Below, piece after piece: positions 1 to 15,000 of a stretch of 64,000 bases of DNA. Below the pieces are notes generated by a model. It saw only the letters and a list, made by a program, of their open reading frames with translations. It made no database searches and was not told where the DNA came from. Source of the stretch: Gammaproteobacteria bacterium (GTDB lineage Bacteria; Pseudomonadota; Gammaproteobacteria; JBCCGL01); NCBI GenBank assembly GCA_965277715.1, contig OZ255836.1, positions 1,600,001 through 1,664,000 on the forward strand, given 5' to 3'. The first letter of the stretch is position 1. The number at the start of each line of letters is the position of its first letter. The translations under genes and the position numbers were made by a program.

Positions 1-3000
1 TGCCGGTTATATTCGCTGCCGCTGCGCTTGTGCCCTCGGTTACGCTGTTGGTATCCGCCACCGCTGTCGGTGTGTCATCAACAATGCCTATCAGCAGATT
101 AGACGTAGTGGTTTGGCCATCCGCTTCGGTCAGGGTCAGTGCAAAGCTGTCGCTCTCAATGGCATTGTCTACATCCGTAGTTGCACCCGCCAGGGTATAG
201 CTATAATTCACTACGCCTGTGCCACTGTTAAAACCCGTAATGGACAACGTGCCGTTACTGCCGGTTATCGTCATCGCTGAACTGGATGTAGCCGCCAATT
301 GCGCTGCCGTCAGGGTCGTACCACCCACCTGCAGGCTGGTCAAACCATCCGGGGTGCTTAGCGTAAACATGCCCGTTGTCGTTTCACCCGTTCCCATCGC
401 ATTGGAACCGCTGCTTAAATCACTTTCCAGTACCTGTGCATCAGTACCCGGAATATTAGCGTTATTATCGATCAGGTTATTTATCGTTGGCGCACCGTCA
501 TCGGCACCGTTTATGGTAATGGTTAAGGTCGTCGTCGAGCTGTCGCCATCACCATCGGTGATCTGATAAGTAAACGTATCCGTAAGGCTACCGCCTGCCC
601 CTAGCCCGTTGACGGTCGCATTACTGTCATCCAGGTCATAGCTGTAGCTGCCGTCTGCGTTGATGCTCAGTGCCCCATACATGCCCGTCACCGGGTTTGA
701 TAGCGCGACCGGCGTGCCGCTGCCCGCCACTATACCGCTCACCGCGCCACCACTGGCTGCACCATCGGCACCCAGGGTATCGTCGGCACTATCCGTCAAC
801 ACGTTGCCGGTTATATTCGCTGCCGCTGCGCTTGTGCCCTCGGTTACGCTGTTGGTATCCGCCACCGCTGTCGGTATGTCATCAACAATGCCTATCAGCA
901 GATTAGACGTAGTGGTTTGGCCATCCGCTTCGGTCAGGGTCAGTGCAAAGCTGTCGCTCTCAATGGCATTGTCTACATCCGTAGTTGCACCCGCCAGGGT
1001 ATAGCTATAACTCACTGCGCCTGTACCACTGTTAAAACCCGTGATAGACAACGTGCCGTTAATGCCGGTTATCGTCATCGCTGAACTGGATGTAGCCGCC
1101 AATTGCGCTGCCGTCAGGGTCGTACCACCCACCTGCAGGCTGGTCAAACCATCCGGGGTGCTTAGCGTAAATGTGCCCGCTGTCGTTTCACCCGTTCCCG
1201 CTGCATTGGAACCGTTGCTTAAATCACTTTCCAAGACCTGTACATCCGTACCCGGAATATTAGCGTTATTATCGATCAGGTCATTTATCGTTGGCGCACC
1301 GTCATCGGCACCGTTTATGGTAATGGTTAAGGTCGTCGTCGAGCTGTCGCCATCACCATCGGTGATCTGATAAGTAAACGTATCCGTAAGGCTACCGCCT
1401 GCCCCTAGCCCGTTGACGGTCGCATTACTGTCATCCAGGTCATAGCTGTAGCTGCCGTCTGCGTTGATGGTCAGTGCCCCATACATACCTGTCACAGGGT
1501 TTGATAGCGCGCCCGGCGTGCCACTGCCCGCCACTATACCGCTCACCGCACCCCCACTGGCTGCACCATCGGCACCCAGGGTATCGGCACTGTCCGTCAG
1601 CACGTTACCGGTTATATTCGCTGCCGCTGCGCTTGTGCCCTCGGTTACGCTGTTGGTATCCGCCACCGCTGTCGGTGTGTCATCAACAATGCCTATCAAC
1701 AGATTAGACGTGCTGGTTTGGCCATCGGTTTCGGTCAGGGTCAGCGCAAAACTGTCTGTCTCAGGCGTTGTTGCATTGCCTACATCCGTAGTTGCACCCG
1801 CCAGGGTATAGCTATAATTCACTACGCCTGTGCCACTGTTAAAACCCGTAATGGACAACGTGCCGTTACTGCCGGTTATCGTCATCGCTGAACTGGATGT
1901 AGCCGCCAATTGCGCTGCCGTCAGGGTCGTACCACCCACCTGCAGGCTGGTCAAACCATCCGGGGTGCTTAGCGTAAACATGCCCGTTGTCGTTTCACCC
2001 GTTCCTCCCGCATTGGAACCGTTGCTTAAATCACTTTCCAGTACCTGCGCATCAGTGCCAGCAATAACGCCGGTATTATCGGTCAGGTCATTTATCGTTG
2101 GCGCACCGTCATCGGCACCGTTTATGGTAATGGTTAAGGTCGTCGTCGAGCTGTCGCCATCACCATCGGTGATCTGATAAGTAAACGTATCCGTAAGGCT
2201 ACCGCCTGCCCCTAGCCCGTTGACGGTCGCATTACTGTCATCCAGGTCATAGCTGTAGCTGCCGTCTGCGTTGATGCTCAGTGCCCCATACATGCCCGTC
2301 ACCGGGTTTGATAGCGCGACCGGCGTGCCGCTGCCCGCCACTATACCGCTCACCGCGCCACCACTGGCTGCACCATCGGCACCCAGGGTATCGTCGGCAC
2401 TATCCGTCAACACGTTGCCGGTTATATTCGCTGCCGCTGCGCTTGTGCCCTCGGTTACGCTGTTGGTATCCGCCACCGCTGTCGGTATGTCATCAACAAT
2501 GCCTATCAGCAGATTAGACGTAGTGGTTTGGCCATCCGCTTCGGTCAGGGTCAGTGCAAAGCTGTCGCTCTCAATGGCATTGTCTACATCCGTAGTTGCA
2601 CCCGCCAGGGTATAGCTATAATTCACTACGCCTGTGCCACTGTTAAAACCCGTGATAGACAACGTGCCGTTACTGCCGGTTATCGTCATCGCTGAACTGG
2701 ATGTAGCCGCCAATTGCGCTGCCGTCAGGGTCGTACCACCCACCTGCAGGCTGGTCAAACCATCCGGGGTGCTTAGCGTAAATGTGCCCGCTGTCGTTTC
2801 ACCCGTTCCCGTTGCATTGGAACCGTTGCTTAAATCACTTTCCAAGACCTGTACATCCGTACCCGGAATATTAGCGTTATTATCGATCAGGCCATTTATC
2901 GTTGGCGCACCGTCATCGGCACCGTTTATGGTAATGGTTAAGGTTGTCGTCGAGCTGTCGCCATCACCATCGGTGATCTGATAAGTAAACGTATCCGTAA

Positions 3001-6000
3001 GGCTACCGCCTGCCCCCAACCCGTTGACGGTCGCATTACTGTCATCCAGGTCATAGCTGTAACTGCCGTCTGCGTTGATGCTCAGTGCCCCATACATGCC
3101 TGTCACAGGGTTTGATAGCGCGACCGGCGTGCCGCTGCCCGCCACTATACCGCTCACCGCGCCACCACTGGCTGCACCATCGGCACCCAGGGTATCGGCA
3201 CTATCCGTCAGCACGTTGCCGGTTATATTCGCTGCCGCTGCTGTGCTTGTGCCCTCGGTTACGCTGTTGGTATCCGCCACCGCTGTCGGTGTGTCATCAA
3301 CAATGCCTATCAGCAGATTAGACGCGATGGTTTGGCCATCCGCTTCGGTCAGGGTCAGTGCAAAGCTGTCGCTCTCAATGGCATTGTCTACATCCGTAGT
3401 TGCACCCGCCAGGGTATAGCTATAACTCACTGCGCCTGTACCAGTGTTAAAACCCGTGATAGACAACGTACCGTTACTACCGGTTATCGTCACTGGAGAA
3501 CTGGATGTAGCCGCCAATTGCGCTGCCATGATGGTCGTACCACCCACTTGCAGGCTGGTCAAACCATCCGGGGTGCTTAGCGTAAACGTGCCCGTTGTCG
3601 TTTCACCCGCTCCCGCTGCATTGGAACCGTTGCTTAAATCACTTTCCAGCACCTGTGCATCAGTGCCAGCAATAACGCCGGTATTATCGGTCAGGTCATT
3701 TATCGTTGGCGCACCGTCATCGGCACCGTTTATGGTAATGGTTAAGGTCGTCGTCGAGCTGTCGCCATCACCATCAGTGATCTGATAAGTAAACGTATCC
3801 GTAAGGCTACCGCCTGCCCTCAACCCGTTGACGCTGGCATTACTGTCATCCAGGTCATAGCTGTAACTGCCGTCTGCGTTGATGCTCAGTGCCCCATACA
3901 TGCCTGTCACAGGGTTTGATAGCGCGCCCGGCGTGCCGCTACCCGCCACTATACCGCTCACCGCACCACCATCGGCACCCAGGGTATCGGCACTGTCCGT
4001 CAGCACGTTGCCGGTTATATTCGCTGCCGCTGCGCTTGTGCCCTCGGTTACGCTGTTGGTATCCGCCACCGCTGTCGGTGTGTCATCAACAATGCCTATC
4101 AGCAGATTAGACGTGCTGGTTTGGCCATCCGCTTCGGTCAGGGTCAGTGCAAAGCTGTCGCTCTCGATGGCATTGCTTACATCCGTAGCCGCACTCGTCA
4201 GGGTATAGCTATAACTCACTACGCCTGTGCCACTGTTAAAACCCGTGATAGACAACGTGCCGTTGCTGCCGGTTATCGTCACTGGAGAACTGGATGTAGC
4301 CGCCAACTGCGCTGCCATGATGGTCGTACCACCCACTTGCAGGCTGGTCAAACCATCCGGGGTGCTTAGCGTAAACATGCCCGTTGTCGTTTCACCCGCT
4401 CCCATCGCATTGGAACCGTTGCTTAAATCACTTTCCAGGACTTGTGCATCCGTACCCGGAATATTAGCGTTATTATCGATCAGGTCATTTATCGTTGGCG
4501 CACCGTCATCGGCACCGTTTATGGTAATGGTTAAGGTCGTCGTCGAGCTGTCGCCATCACCATCGGTGATCTGATAAGTAAACGTATCCGTAAGGCTATC
4601 GCCTGCCCCCAACCCGTTGACGCTGGCATTACTGTCATCCAGGTCATAGCTGTAGCTGCCGTCTGCGTTGATGTTCAGCGCCCCGTACATGCCCGTCACC
4701 GGGTTTGATAGCGCGACCGGCGTGCCGCTGCCCGCCACTATACCGCTCACCGCACCCCCACTGGCTACACCATCGGCACCCAGGGTATCGGCACTGTCTG
4801 TCAGCACGTTGCCGGTTATATTCGCTGCCGCTGCGCTTGTGCCCTCGGTTACGCTGTTGGTATCCGCCACCGCTGTCGGTGTGTCATCAACAATGCCTAT
4901 CAGCAGATTAGACGTAGTGGTTTGGTCATCGGTTTCGGTCAGGGTCAGTGCAAAGCTGTCGCTCTCAATAGCATTGTCTACATCCGTAGCCGCACTCGTC
5001 AAGGTATAGCTATAACTCACTGCGCCTGTGCCACTGTCAAAACCCGTGATAGACAACGTGCCGTTACTGCCGGTTATCGTCACTGGAGAACTGGATGTAG
5101 CCGCCAATTGCGCTGCCGTCAGGGTCGTACCGCCCACCTCCAGGCTGGTCAAACCATCCGGGGTGCTTAGCGTAAATGTGCCCGTTGTCGTTTCACCCGT
5201 TCCCGCTGCATTGGAACCACTGCTTAAATCACTTTCCAGGACTTGTGCATCAGTGCCAGCAATAACGCCGGTATTATCGATCAAGCCATTTATCGTTGGC
5301 GCACCGTCATCGGCACCGTTTATGGTAATGGTTAAGGTTGTCGTCGAGCTGTCGCCATCACCATCGGTGATCTGATAAGTAAACGTATCCGTGAGGCTAC
5401 CGCCTGCTCCCAACCCGTTGACGGTGGCATTACTGTCATCCAGGTCATAGCTGTAACTGCCGTCTGCGTTGATGCTCAGTGCCCCATACATACCCGTCAC
5501 AGGGTTTGATAGTGCAACCGGCGTGCCGCTGCCCGCCACTATACCGCTCACCGCACCCCCACTGGCTGCACCATCGGCACCCAGGGTATCGGCATTATCC
5601 GTCAACACATTGCCGGTTATATTCGCCGCCTGCGTGATCGCTGTACCTTCGGTTACGCTGTTGGTATCCGCCACCGCTGTCGGTGTGTCATCAACAATGC
5701 CTATCAGCAGATTAGACGTGATGGTTTGGCCATCGGTTTCGGTCAGGGTCAGCGCAAAACTGTCGCTCTCAATGGCGTTGTCTACATCCGTAGTTGCACC
5801 CGCCAGGGTATAGCTATAATTCACTACGCCTGTGCCACTGTTAAAACCCGTGATAGACAACGTGCCGTTGCTACCGGTTATCGTCACCGCTGAGCTGGAT
5901 GTAGCCACCAGGTCCTGTGCCGTCAGTGTCGTACTGCCCACCTGCAGGCTGGTCAAACCATCCGGGGTGCTTAGCGTAAACGTGCCCGTTGTCGTTTCAC

Positions 6001-9000
6001 CCGTTCCCGCCGCATTGGAACCGCTGCTTAAATCACTTTCCAGTACCTGTGCATCAGTACCCGGAATATTAGCGTTATTATCGATCAGGCCATTTATCGT
6101 TGGCGCACCGTCATCGGCACCGTTTATGGTAATCGTTAAGGTTGTCGTCGAGCTATCACCATCACCATCGGTGATCTGATAAGTAAACGTATCCGTAAGG
6201 CTACCGCCTGCCCCTAGCCCGTTGACGGTCGCATTACTGTCATCCAGGTCATAGCTGTAACTGCCGTCTGCGTTGATGGTCAGAGCCCCGTACATGCCCG
6301 TCACCGGGTTTGATAGCACGCCCGGCGTGCCGCTGCCCGCCACTATACCGCTCACCGCACCCCCACTGGCTGCACCATCGGCACCCAGGGTATCGGCACT
6401 GTCTGTCAGCACGTTGCCGGTTATATTCGCTGCCGCTGCGCTTGTGCCCTCGGTTACGCTGTTGGTATCCGCCACCGCTGTCGGTGTGTCATCAACAATG
6501 CCTATACTTAACGTACCTGCGGCGGTGGCATTAGTGTCGTCGGTTACTGTCAGTGCAAAACTGTCGGTCTCGGCTGCATTGCCTGCATCCGTAGTCGCAC
6601 CCGTCAGGGTATAGCTATAACTCACTACGCCTGTGCCACTGTTAAAACCTGTGATAGACAACGTGCCGTTACTGCCGGTTATCGTCACCGCTGAGCTGGT
6701 GGATGTAGCCGCCAATTGCGCTGCCATGATGATCGTACTGCCCACTTGCAGGCTGGTCAAACCATCCGGGGTGCTTAGCGTAAACGTGCCCGTTGTCGTT
6801 TCACCCGTTCCTGCGGCATTGGAACCGCTGCTTAAATCACTTTCCAGTACCTGTGCATCAGTACCCGGAATACTAGCGTTATTATCGGTCAAACCACTTA
6901 GATTAGGACCACCATCGTTGCTGCCATTGATAGTAATCGTCAGGGTGGTCGTGGCCGTATCACCATCGCCATCGGTAATCTGATAGGTGAAAGTGTCCAT
7001 CAGGCTTTCACCCGATATCAGAGCATTCACTGCCGTATTGTTGTCGTCCAGATCATAACTGTAACTGCCGTCTGCGTTGATGGTCAACGCACCATACGCG
7101 CCTGCCACAGGTGTTGTTGATATTGTTGCCAACGTGCCGCTTCCTGCCGCTATACCGCTCACCGCACCCCCACTGGCTGCACCATCGGCACCCAGGATAT
7201 CGGCATTATCCGTCAACACATTGCCGGTTATATTCGCTGCCTGCGCGGTCGCTGCACCTTCGGTTACGCTGTTGGTATCTGCTACCGCTGTTGGTGTGTC
7301 ATCAACAATGCCTATCAGCAGATTAGACGTGATGGTTTGGCCATCGGTTTCGGTCAAGGTCAGCGCAAAACTGTCTGTCTCAGGCGTTGTTGCATTGCCT
7401 ACATCCGTAGTTGCACTCGTCAGGGTATAGCTATAACTCACTGCGCCTGTGCCACTGTTAAAACCCGTGATAGACAACGTGCCGTTACTGCCGGTTATCG
7501 TCACTGGAGAACTGGATGTAGCCGCCAGATCCTGTACCGTCAGGGTCGTACTGCCCACCTGCAGGCTGGTCAAACCATCCGGGGTGCTTAGCGTAAACGT
7601 GCCCGTTGTCGTTTCACCCGTTCCTGCGGCATTGGAACCACTGCTTAAATCACTTTCCAGCACCTGTGCATCAGTACCGGCAATAACGCCGGTATTATCG
7701 GTCAAACCATTTATCGTTGGCGCACCGTCATCGGCACCGTTTATGGTAATGGTTAAGGTCGTCGTCGAGCTATCACCATCACCATCGGTGATCTGATAGG
7801 TGAAGGTATCCATAAGGCTATCGCCTGCCCCTAGCCCGTTGACGCTGGCATTACTGTCATCCAGGTCATAGCTGTAGCTGCCGTCTGCGTTGATAGTCAG
7901 TGCCCCATACATGCCTGTCACAGGGTTTGATAGCGCGCCCGGCGTGCCGCTGCCCGCCACTATACCGCTCACCGCACCCCCACTGGCTGCACCATCGGCA
8001 CCCAGGGTATCGGCACTATCCGTCAACACGTTGCCGGTTATATTCGCTGCCGCTGCGCTTGTGCCCTCGGTTACGCTGTTGGTATCCGCCACCGCTGTCG
8101 GTGTGTCATCAACAATGCCTATCAGCAGATTAGACATGCTGGTTTGTCCATCGGTTTCGGTCAGGGTCAGCGCAAAACTGTCGCTCTCAATGGCATTGTC
8201 TACATCCGTAGTTGCACCCGCCAGGGTATAGCTATAACTCACTGCGCCTGTGCCACTGTTAAAACCTGTGATAGACAACGTGCCGTTGCTGCCGGTTATC
8301 GTCACTGGAGAACTGGATGTAGCCGCCAACTGCGCTGCCGTCAGGGTCATACCGCCCACCTCCAGGCTGGTCAAACCATCCGGGGTGCTTAGCGTAAATG
8401 TGCCCGTTGTCGTTTCACCCGTTCCTGCGGCATTGGAACCACTGCTTAAATCACTTTCCAAGACCTGTGCATCAGTACCCGGAATATTAGCGTTATTATC
8501 GATCAGGCCATTTATCGTTGGCGCACCGTCATCGGCACCGTTTATGGTAATGGTTAAGGTCGTCGTCGAGCTATCACCATCACCATCGGTGATCTGATAG
8601 GTGAAGGTATCCATAAGGCTATCGCCTGCCCCTAGCCCGTTGACGGTCGCATTACTGTCATCCAGGTCATAGCTGTAACTGCCGTCTGCGTTGATGCTCA
8701 GTGCCCCATACATGCCCGTCACAGGGTTTGATAACGCGACCGGCGTGCCGCTGCCCGCCACTATACCGCTCACCGCACCCCCACTGGCTGCACCATCGGC
8801 ACCCAGGGTATCGGCACTGTCCGTCAGCACATTGCCGGTTATATTCGCTGCCGCTGCGCTTGTGCCCTCGGTTACGCTGTTGGTATCCGCCACCGCTGTC
8901 GGTGTGTCATCAACAATGCCTATCAGCAGATTAGACGTGCTGGTTTGGCCATCGGTTTCAGTCAGGGTCAGTGCAAAGCTGTCGCTCTCGATGGCATTGT

Positions 9001-12000
9001 CTACATCCGTAGTTGCACTCATCAGGGTATAGCTATAACTCACTGCACCTGTGCCACTGTCAAAACCCGTGATAGACAACGTGCCGTTACTGCCGGTTAT
9101 CGTCATTGGAGAACTGGATGTAGCCGCCAATTGCGCTGCCGTCAGGGTCATACCGCCCACCTCCAGGCTGGTCAAACCATCCGGGGTGCTTAGCGTAAAT
9201 GTGCCCGTTGTCGTTTCACCCGTTCCTGCGGCATTGGAACCACTGCTTAAATCACTTTCCAGGACTTGTGCATCAGTACCAGCAATAACGCCGGTATTAT
9301 CGGTCAAACCATTTATCGTTGGCGCACCGTCATCGGCACCGTTTATGGTAATGGTTAAGGTCGTCGTCGAGCTATCACCATCACCATCGGTGATCTGATA
9401 AGTAAACGTATCCGTAAGGCTACCGCCTGCCCCCAACCCGTTGACGCTGGCATTACTGTCATCCAGGTCATAGCTGTAGCTGCCGTCTGCGTTGATGCTC
9501 AGCGCACCATACATGCCCGTCACAGGGTTTGATAGCGCGACCGGCGTGCCGCTGCCCGCCACTATACCGCTCACCGCGCCACCACTGGCTGCACCATCGG
9601 CACCCAGGGTATCAGCACTATCCGTCAGCACGTTGCCGGTTATATTCGCCGCCTGCGTGATCGCTGTACCTTCGGTTACGCTGTTGGTATCCGCCACCGC
9701 TGTCGGTGTGTCATCAACAATGCCTATCAGCAGATTAGACGTAGTGGTTTGGCCATCGGTTTCGGTCAGGGTTAGCGCAAAGCTGTCTGTCTCAGGCGTT
9801 GTTGCATTGCCTACATCCGTAGCCGCGCTCGTCAAAGTATAGCTATAACTCACTACGCCTGTGCCACTGTTAAAACCCGTGATAGACAACGTGCCGTTGC
9901 TACCGATTATCATCACCGCTGAGCTGGATGTAGCTACCAGGTCCTGTGCCGTCAGGGTCGTACTGCCCACTTGCAGGCTGGTCAAACCATCCGGGGTGCT
10001 TAGCGTAAACGTGCCCGTTGTCGTTTCACCCGTTCCCGCCGCATTGGAACCGTTGCTTAAATCACTTTCCAGCACCTGTGCATCAGTACCGGCAATAACG
10101 CCGGTATTATCGGTCAAACCATTTATCGTTGGCGCACCGTCATCGGCACCGTTTATGGTAATGGTTAAGGTCGTCGTCGAGCTATCACCATCACCATCGG
10201 TGATCTGATAGGTGAAGGTATCCGTAAGGCTACCGCCTGCCCCTAGCCCGTTGACGGTGGCATTACTGTCATCCAGGTCATAGCTGTAGCTGCCGTCTGC
10301 GTTGATAGTCAGTGCCCCATACATGCCTGTCACAGGGTTTGATAGCGCGCCCGGCGTGCCGCTGCCCGCCACTATACCGCTCACCGCGCCCCCACTGGCT
10401 GCACCATCGGCACCCAGGGTATCGGCACTGTCTGTCAGCACGTTGCCGGTTATATTCGCTGCCGCTGCGCTTGTGCCCTCGGTTACGCTGTTGGTATCCG
10501 CTACAGCTGTCGGTGTGTCATCAACAATGCCTATGCTTAATGTACCAGCGGCGATTGCATTAGTGTCGTCGGTTACTGTCAGCGCAAAACTGTCGGTCTC
10601 GGCTGCATTGCCTGCATCCGTAGTCGCACTCGTCAGGGTATAGCTATAACTCACTACGCCTGTACCACTGTTAAAACCCGTGATAGACAACGTGCCATTA
10701 CTGCCGACTATCGTCACCGCTGAGCTGGATGTAGCCGCCAATTGCGCTGCCGTCAGGGTCGTGCTGCCCACTTGCAAGCTGGTCAAACCATCCGGGGTGC
10801 TTAGCGTAAATGTGCCCGTTGTCGTTTCACCCGTTCCTGCCGCATTGGAACCGCTGCTTAAATCGCTTTCCAGCACCTGTGCATCAGTACCCGGAATATT
10901 AACGTTATTATCGATCAAACCACTTAGATTAGGACCACCATCGTTGCTGCCATTGATAGTAATCGTCAGGGTGGTCGTGGCCGTATCACCATCGCCATCG
11001 GTAATCTGATAGGTGAAAGTGTCCATCAGGCTTTCACCCGATATCAGGGCATTCACTGCCGTATTATTGTCGTCCAGATCATAACTGTAACTGCCGTCTG
11101 CGTTGATGGTCAACGCACCATACGCGCCTGCCACAGGTGTTGTTGATATTGTTGCCAACGTGCCGCTTCCTGCCGCTATACCGCTCACCGCGCCACCACT
11201 GGTTGCACCATCGGCACCCAGGATATCGGCATTATCCGTCAATACATTGCCGGTTATATTCGCTGCCTGCGCAGGGTCTATACCCTCAATTACAATATTG
11301 GTATCCGCCACCGCTGTCGGTGTGTCATCAACAATGCCTATCAGCAGATTAGACGTGCTGGTTTGGCCATCCGCTTCGGTCAGGGTCAGCGCAAAACTGT
11401 CTGTCTCAGGCGTTGTTGCATTGCCTACATCCGTAGTTGCACTCGTCAGGGTATAGCTGTAACTCACTGCGCCTGTACCACTGTTAAAACCCGTGATAGA
11501 CAACGTGCCGTTACTACCGGTTATCGTCACTGGAGAACTGGATGTAGCCGCCAACTGCGCTGCCGTCAAGGTCATACTGCCCACCTCCAGGCTGGTCAAA
11601 CCATCCGGGGTGCTTAGCGTGAACGTACCCGTTGTCGTTTCACCCGCTCCCGCCGCATTGGAACCGCTGCTTAAATCACTTTCCAGCACCTGTGCATCAG
11701 TACCGGCAATAACGCCGGTATTATCGGTCAAACCATTTATCGTTGGCGCACCGTCATCGGCACCGTTTATGGTAATGGTTAAGGTTGTCGTCGAGCTATC
11801 ACCATCACCATCGGTGATCTGATAGGTGAAGGTATCCATAAGGCTATCGCCTGCCCCCAACCCGTTGACGCTGGCATTACTGTCATCCAGGTCATAGCTG
11901 TAGCTGCCGTCTGCGTTGATGCTCAGTGCCCCATACATGCCCGTCACAGGGTTTGATAGCACGCCCGGCGTGCCGCTGCCCGCCACTATACCGCTCACCG

Positions 12001-15000
12001 CGCCACCACTGGCTGCACCATCAGCACCCAGGGTATCGGCACTGTCCGTCAGCACGTTGCCGGTTATATTCGCTGCCGCTGCGCTTGTGCCCTCGGTTAC
12101 GCTGTTGGTATCCGCCACCGCTGTCGGTGTGTCATCAACAATGCCTATACTTAACGTACCTGCGGCGGTGGCATTAGTGCCGTCGGTTACTGTCAGCGCA
12201 AAACTGTCAGTCTCGGCTGCGTTACCTGCATCCGTAGTCGCACTCGTCAGGGTATAGCTATAACTCACTGCGCCTGTGCCACTGTTAAAACCCGTGATAG
12301 ACAACGTGCCGTTGCTACCGGCTATCGTCACTGCTGAACTGGATGTAGCCGCCAATTGCGCTGCCGTCAGGGTCATACTGCCCACCTGCAGGCTGGTCAA
12401 ACCATCCGGGGTGCTTAGCGTAAACGTGCCCGTTGTCGTTTCACCCGTTCCTGCCGCATTGGAACCGCTGCTTAAATCACTTTCCAGTACCTGTGCATCA
12501 GTGCCCGGAATACTAGCGTTATTATCAGTCAAACCACTTAGGTTAAGACCACCATCGTTGCTGCCATTGATAGTAATCGTCAGGGTGGTCGTGGCCGTAT
12601 CACCATCGCCATCGGTAATCTGATAGGTGAAAGTGTCCATCAGGCTTTCACCCGATATCAGGGCATTCACTGCCGTATTATTGTCGTCCAGATCATAACT
12701 ATAACTGCCGTCTGCGTTGATGCTCAGTGCCCCGTACATGCCTGCCACAGGGTTTGATAGCGCGCCCGGCGTGCCGCTGCCCGCCACTATACCGCTCACC
12801 GCGCCACCACTGGCTGCACCATCGGCACCCAGGATATCGGCACTATCCGTCAGCACGTTGCCGGTTATATTCGCTGCCTGCGCGGTCGCTGTACCTTCGG
12901 TTACGCTGTTGGTATCCGCCACCGCTGTCGGTATGTCATCAACAATGCCTATCAGCAGATTAGACGTGGTGGTTTGGCCATCGGTTTCGGTCAGGGTCAG
13001 CGCAAAACTGTCTGTCTCAGGCGTTGTTGCATTGCCTACATCCGTAGTCGCACCCGTCAGGGTATAGCTATAACTCACTGCGCCTGTGCCACTGTTAAAA
13101 CCCGTAATGGACAACGTGCCATTACTGCCGGTTATCGTCACCGCTGAACTGGATGTAGCCACCAATTGCGCTGCCGTCAGGGTCATACCGCCCACCTCCA
13201 GGCTGGTCAAACCATCCGGGGTGCTTAGCGTAAATGTGCCCGTTGTCGTTTCACCCGTTCCTGCGGCATTGGAACCACTGCTTAAATCACTTTCCAGGAC
13301 TTGTGCATCAGTACCAGCAATAACGCCGGTATTATCGGTCAAACCATTTATCGTTGGCGCACCGTCATCGGCACCGTTTATGGTAATGGTTAAGGTCGTC
13401 GTCGAGCTATCACCATCACCATCGGTGATCTGATAAGTAAACGTATCCGTAAGGCTACCGCCTGCCCCCAACCCGTTGACGCTGGCATTACTGTCATCCA
13501 GGTCATAGCTGTAGCTGCCGTCTGCGTTGATGCTCAGCGCACCATACATGCCCGTCACAGGGTTTGATAGCGCGACCGGCGTGCCACTGCCCGCTCCCGC
13601 CGCTATACCGCTCACCGCGCCACCACTGGCTGCACCATCGGCACCCAGGGTATCGGCATTATCCGTCAACACATTGCCGGTTATATTCGCTGCCGCTGCG
13701 CTTGTGCCCTCGGTTACGCTGTTGGTATCCGCCACCGCTGTCGGTGCGTCATCAACAATGCCTATCAGCAGATTAGACGTAGTGGTTTGGCCATCCGCTT
13801 CGGTCAGGGTCAGTGCAAAGCTGTCGCTCTCAATGGCATTGCTTACATCCGTAGTCGCACTCGTCAGGGTATAGCTATAACTCACTGCGCCTGTGCCACT
13901 GTTAAAACCCGTGATAGACAACGTGCCGTTGCTACCGGTTATCGTCACCGCTGAGCTGGATGTAGCCACCAGGTCCTGTGCCGTCAGTGTCGTACTGCCC
14001 ACCTGCAGGCTGGTCAAACCATCCGGGGTGCTTAGCGTAAACGTGCCCGTTGTCGTTTCACCCGTTCCCGCCGCATTGGAACCGCTGCTTAAATCACTTT
14101 CCAGTACCTGTGCATCAGTACCCGGAATATTAGCGTTATTATCGATCAGGCCATTTATCGTTGGCGCACCGTCATCGGCACCGTTTATGGTAATCGTTAA
14201 GGTTGTCGTCGAGCTATCACCATCACCATCGGTGATCTGATAAGTAAACGTATCCGTGAGGCTACCGCCTGCTCCCAACCCGTTGACGGTCGCATTACTG
14301 TCATCCAGGTCATAGCTGTAGCTGCCGTCTGCGTTGATAGTCAACGCACCATACATGCCTGTCACAGGGTTTGATAGCGCGACCGGCGTGCCGCTGCCCG
14401 CCACTATACCGCTCACCGCACCCCCACTGGCTGCACCATCGGCACCCAGGGTATCGGCACTGTCCGTCAGCACGTTACCGGTTATATTCGCTGCCGCTGT
14501 GCTTGTGCCCTCGGTTACGCTGTTGGTATCCGCCACCGCTGTCGGTGTGTCATCAACAATGCCTATACTTAACGTACCTGCGGCGGTGGAATTAGTGTCG
14601 TCGGTTACTGTCAGCGCAAAACTGTCGGTCTCGGCTGCGTTGCCTGCATCCGTAGTCGCACCCGTCAGGGTATAGCTATAACTCACTACGCCTGTGCCAC
14701 TGTTAAAACCCGTGATAGACAACGTGCCGTTGCTACCGGCTATCGTCACTGCTGAACTGGATGTAGCCGCCAATTGCGCTGCCGTCAGGGTCATACTGCC
14801 CACCTGCAGGCTGGTCAAACCATCCGGGGTGCTTAGCGTAAACGTGCCCGTTGTCGTTTCACCCGTTCCTGCCGCATTGGAACCGCTGCTTAAATCACTT
14901 TCCAGTACCTGTGCATCAGTGCCCGGAATACTAGCGTTATTATCAGTCAAACCACTTAGGTTAAGACCACCATCGTTGCTGCCATTGATAGTAATCGTCA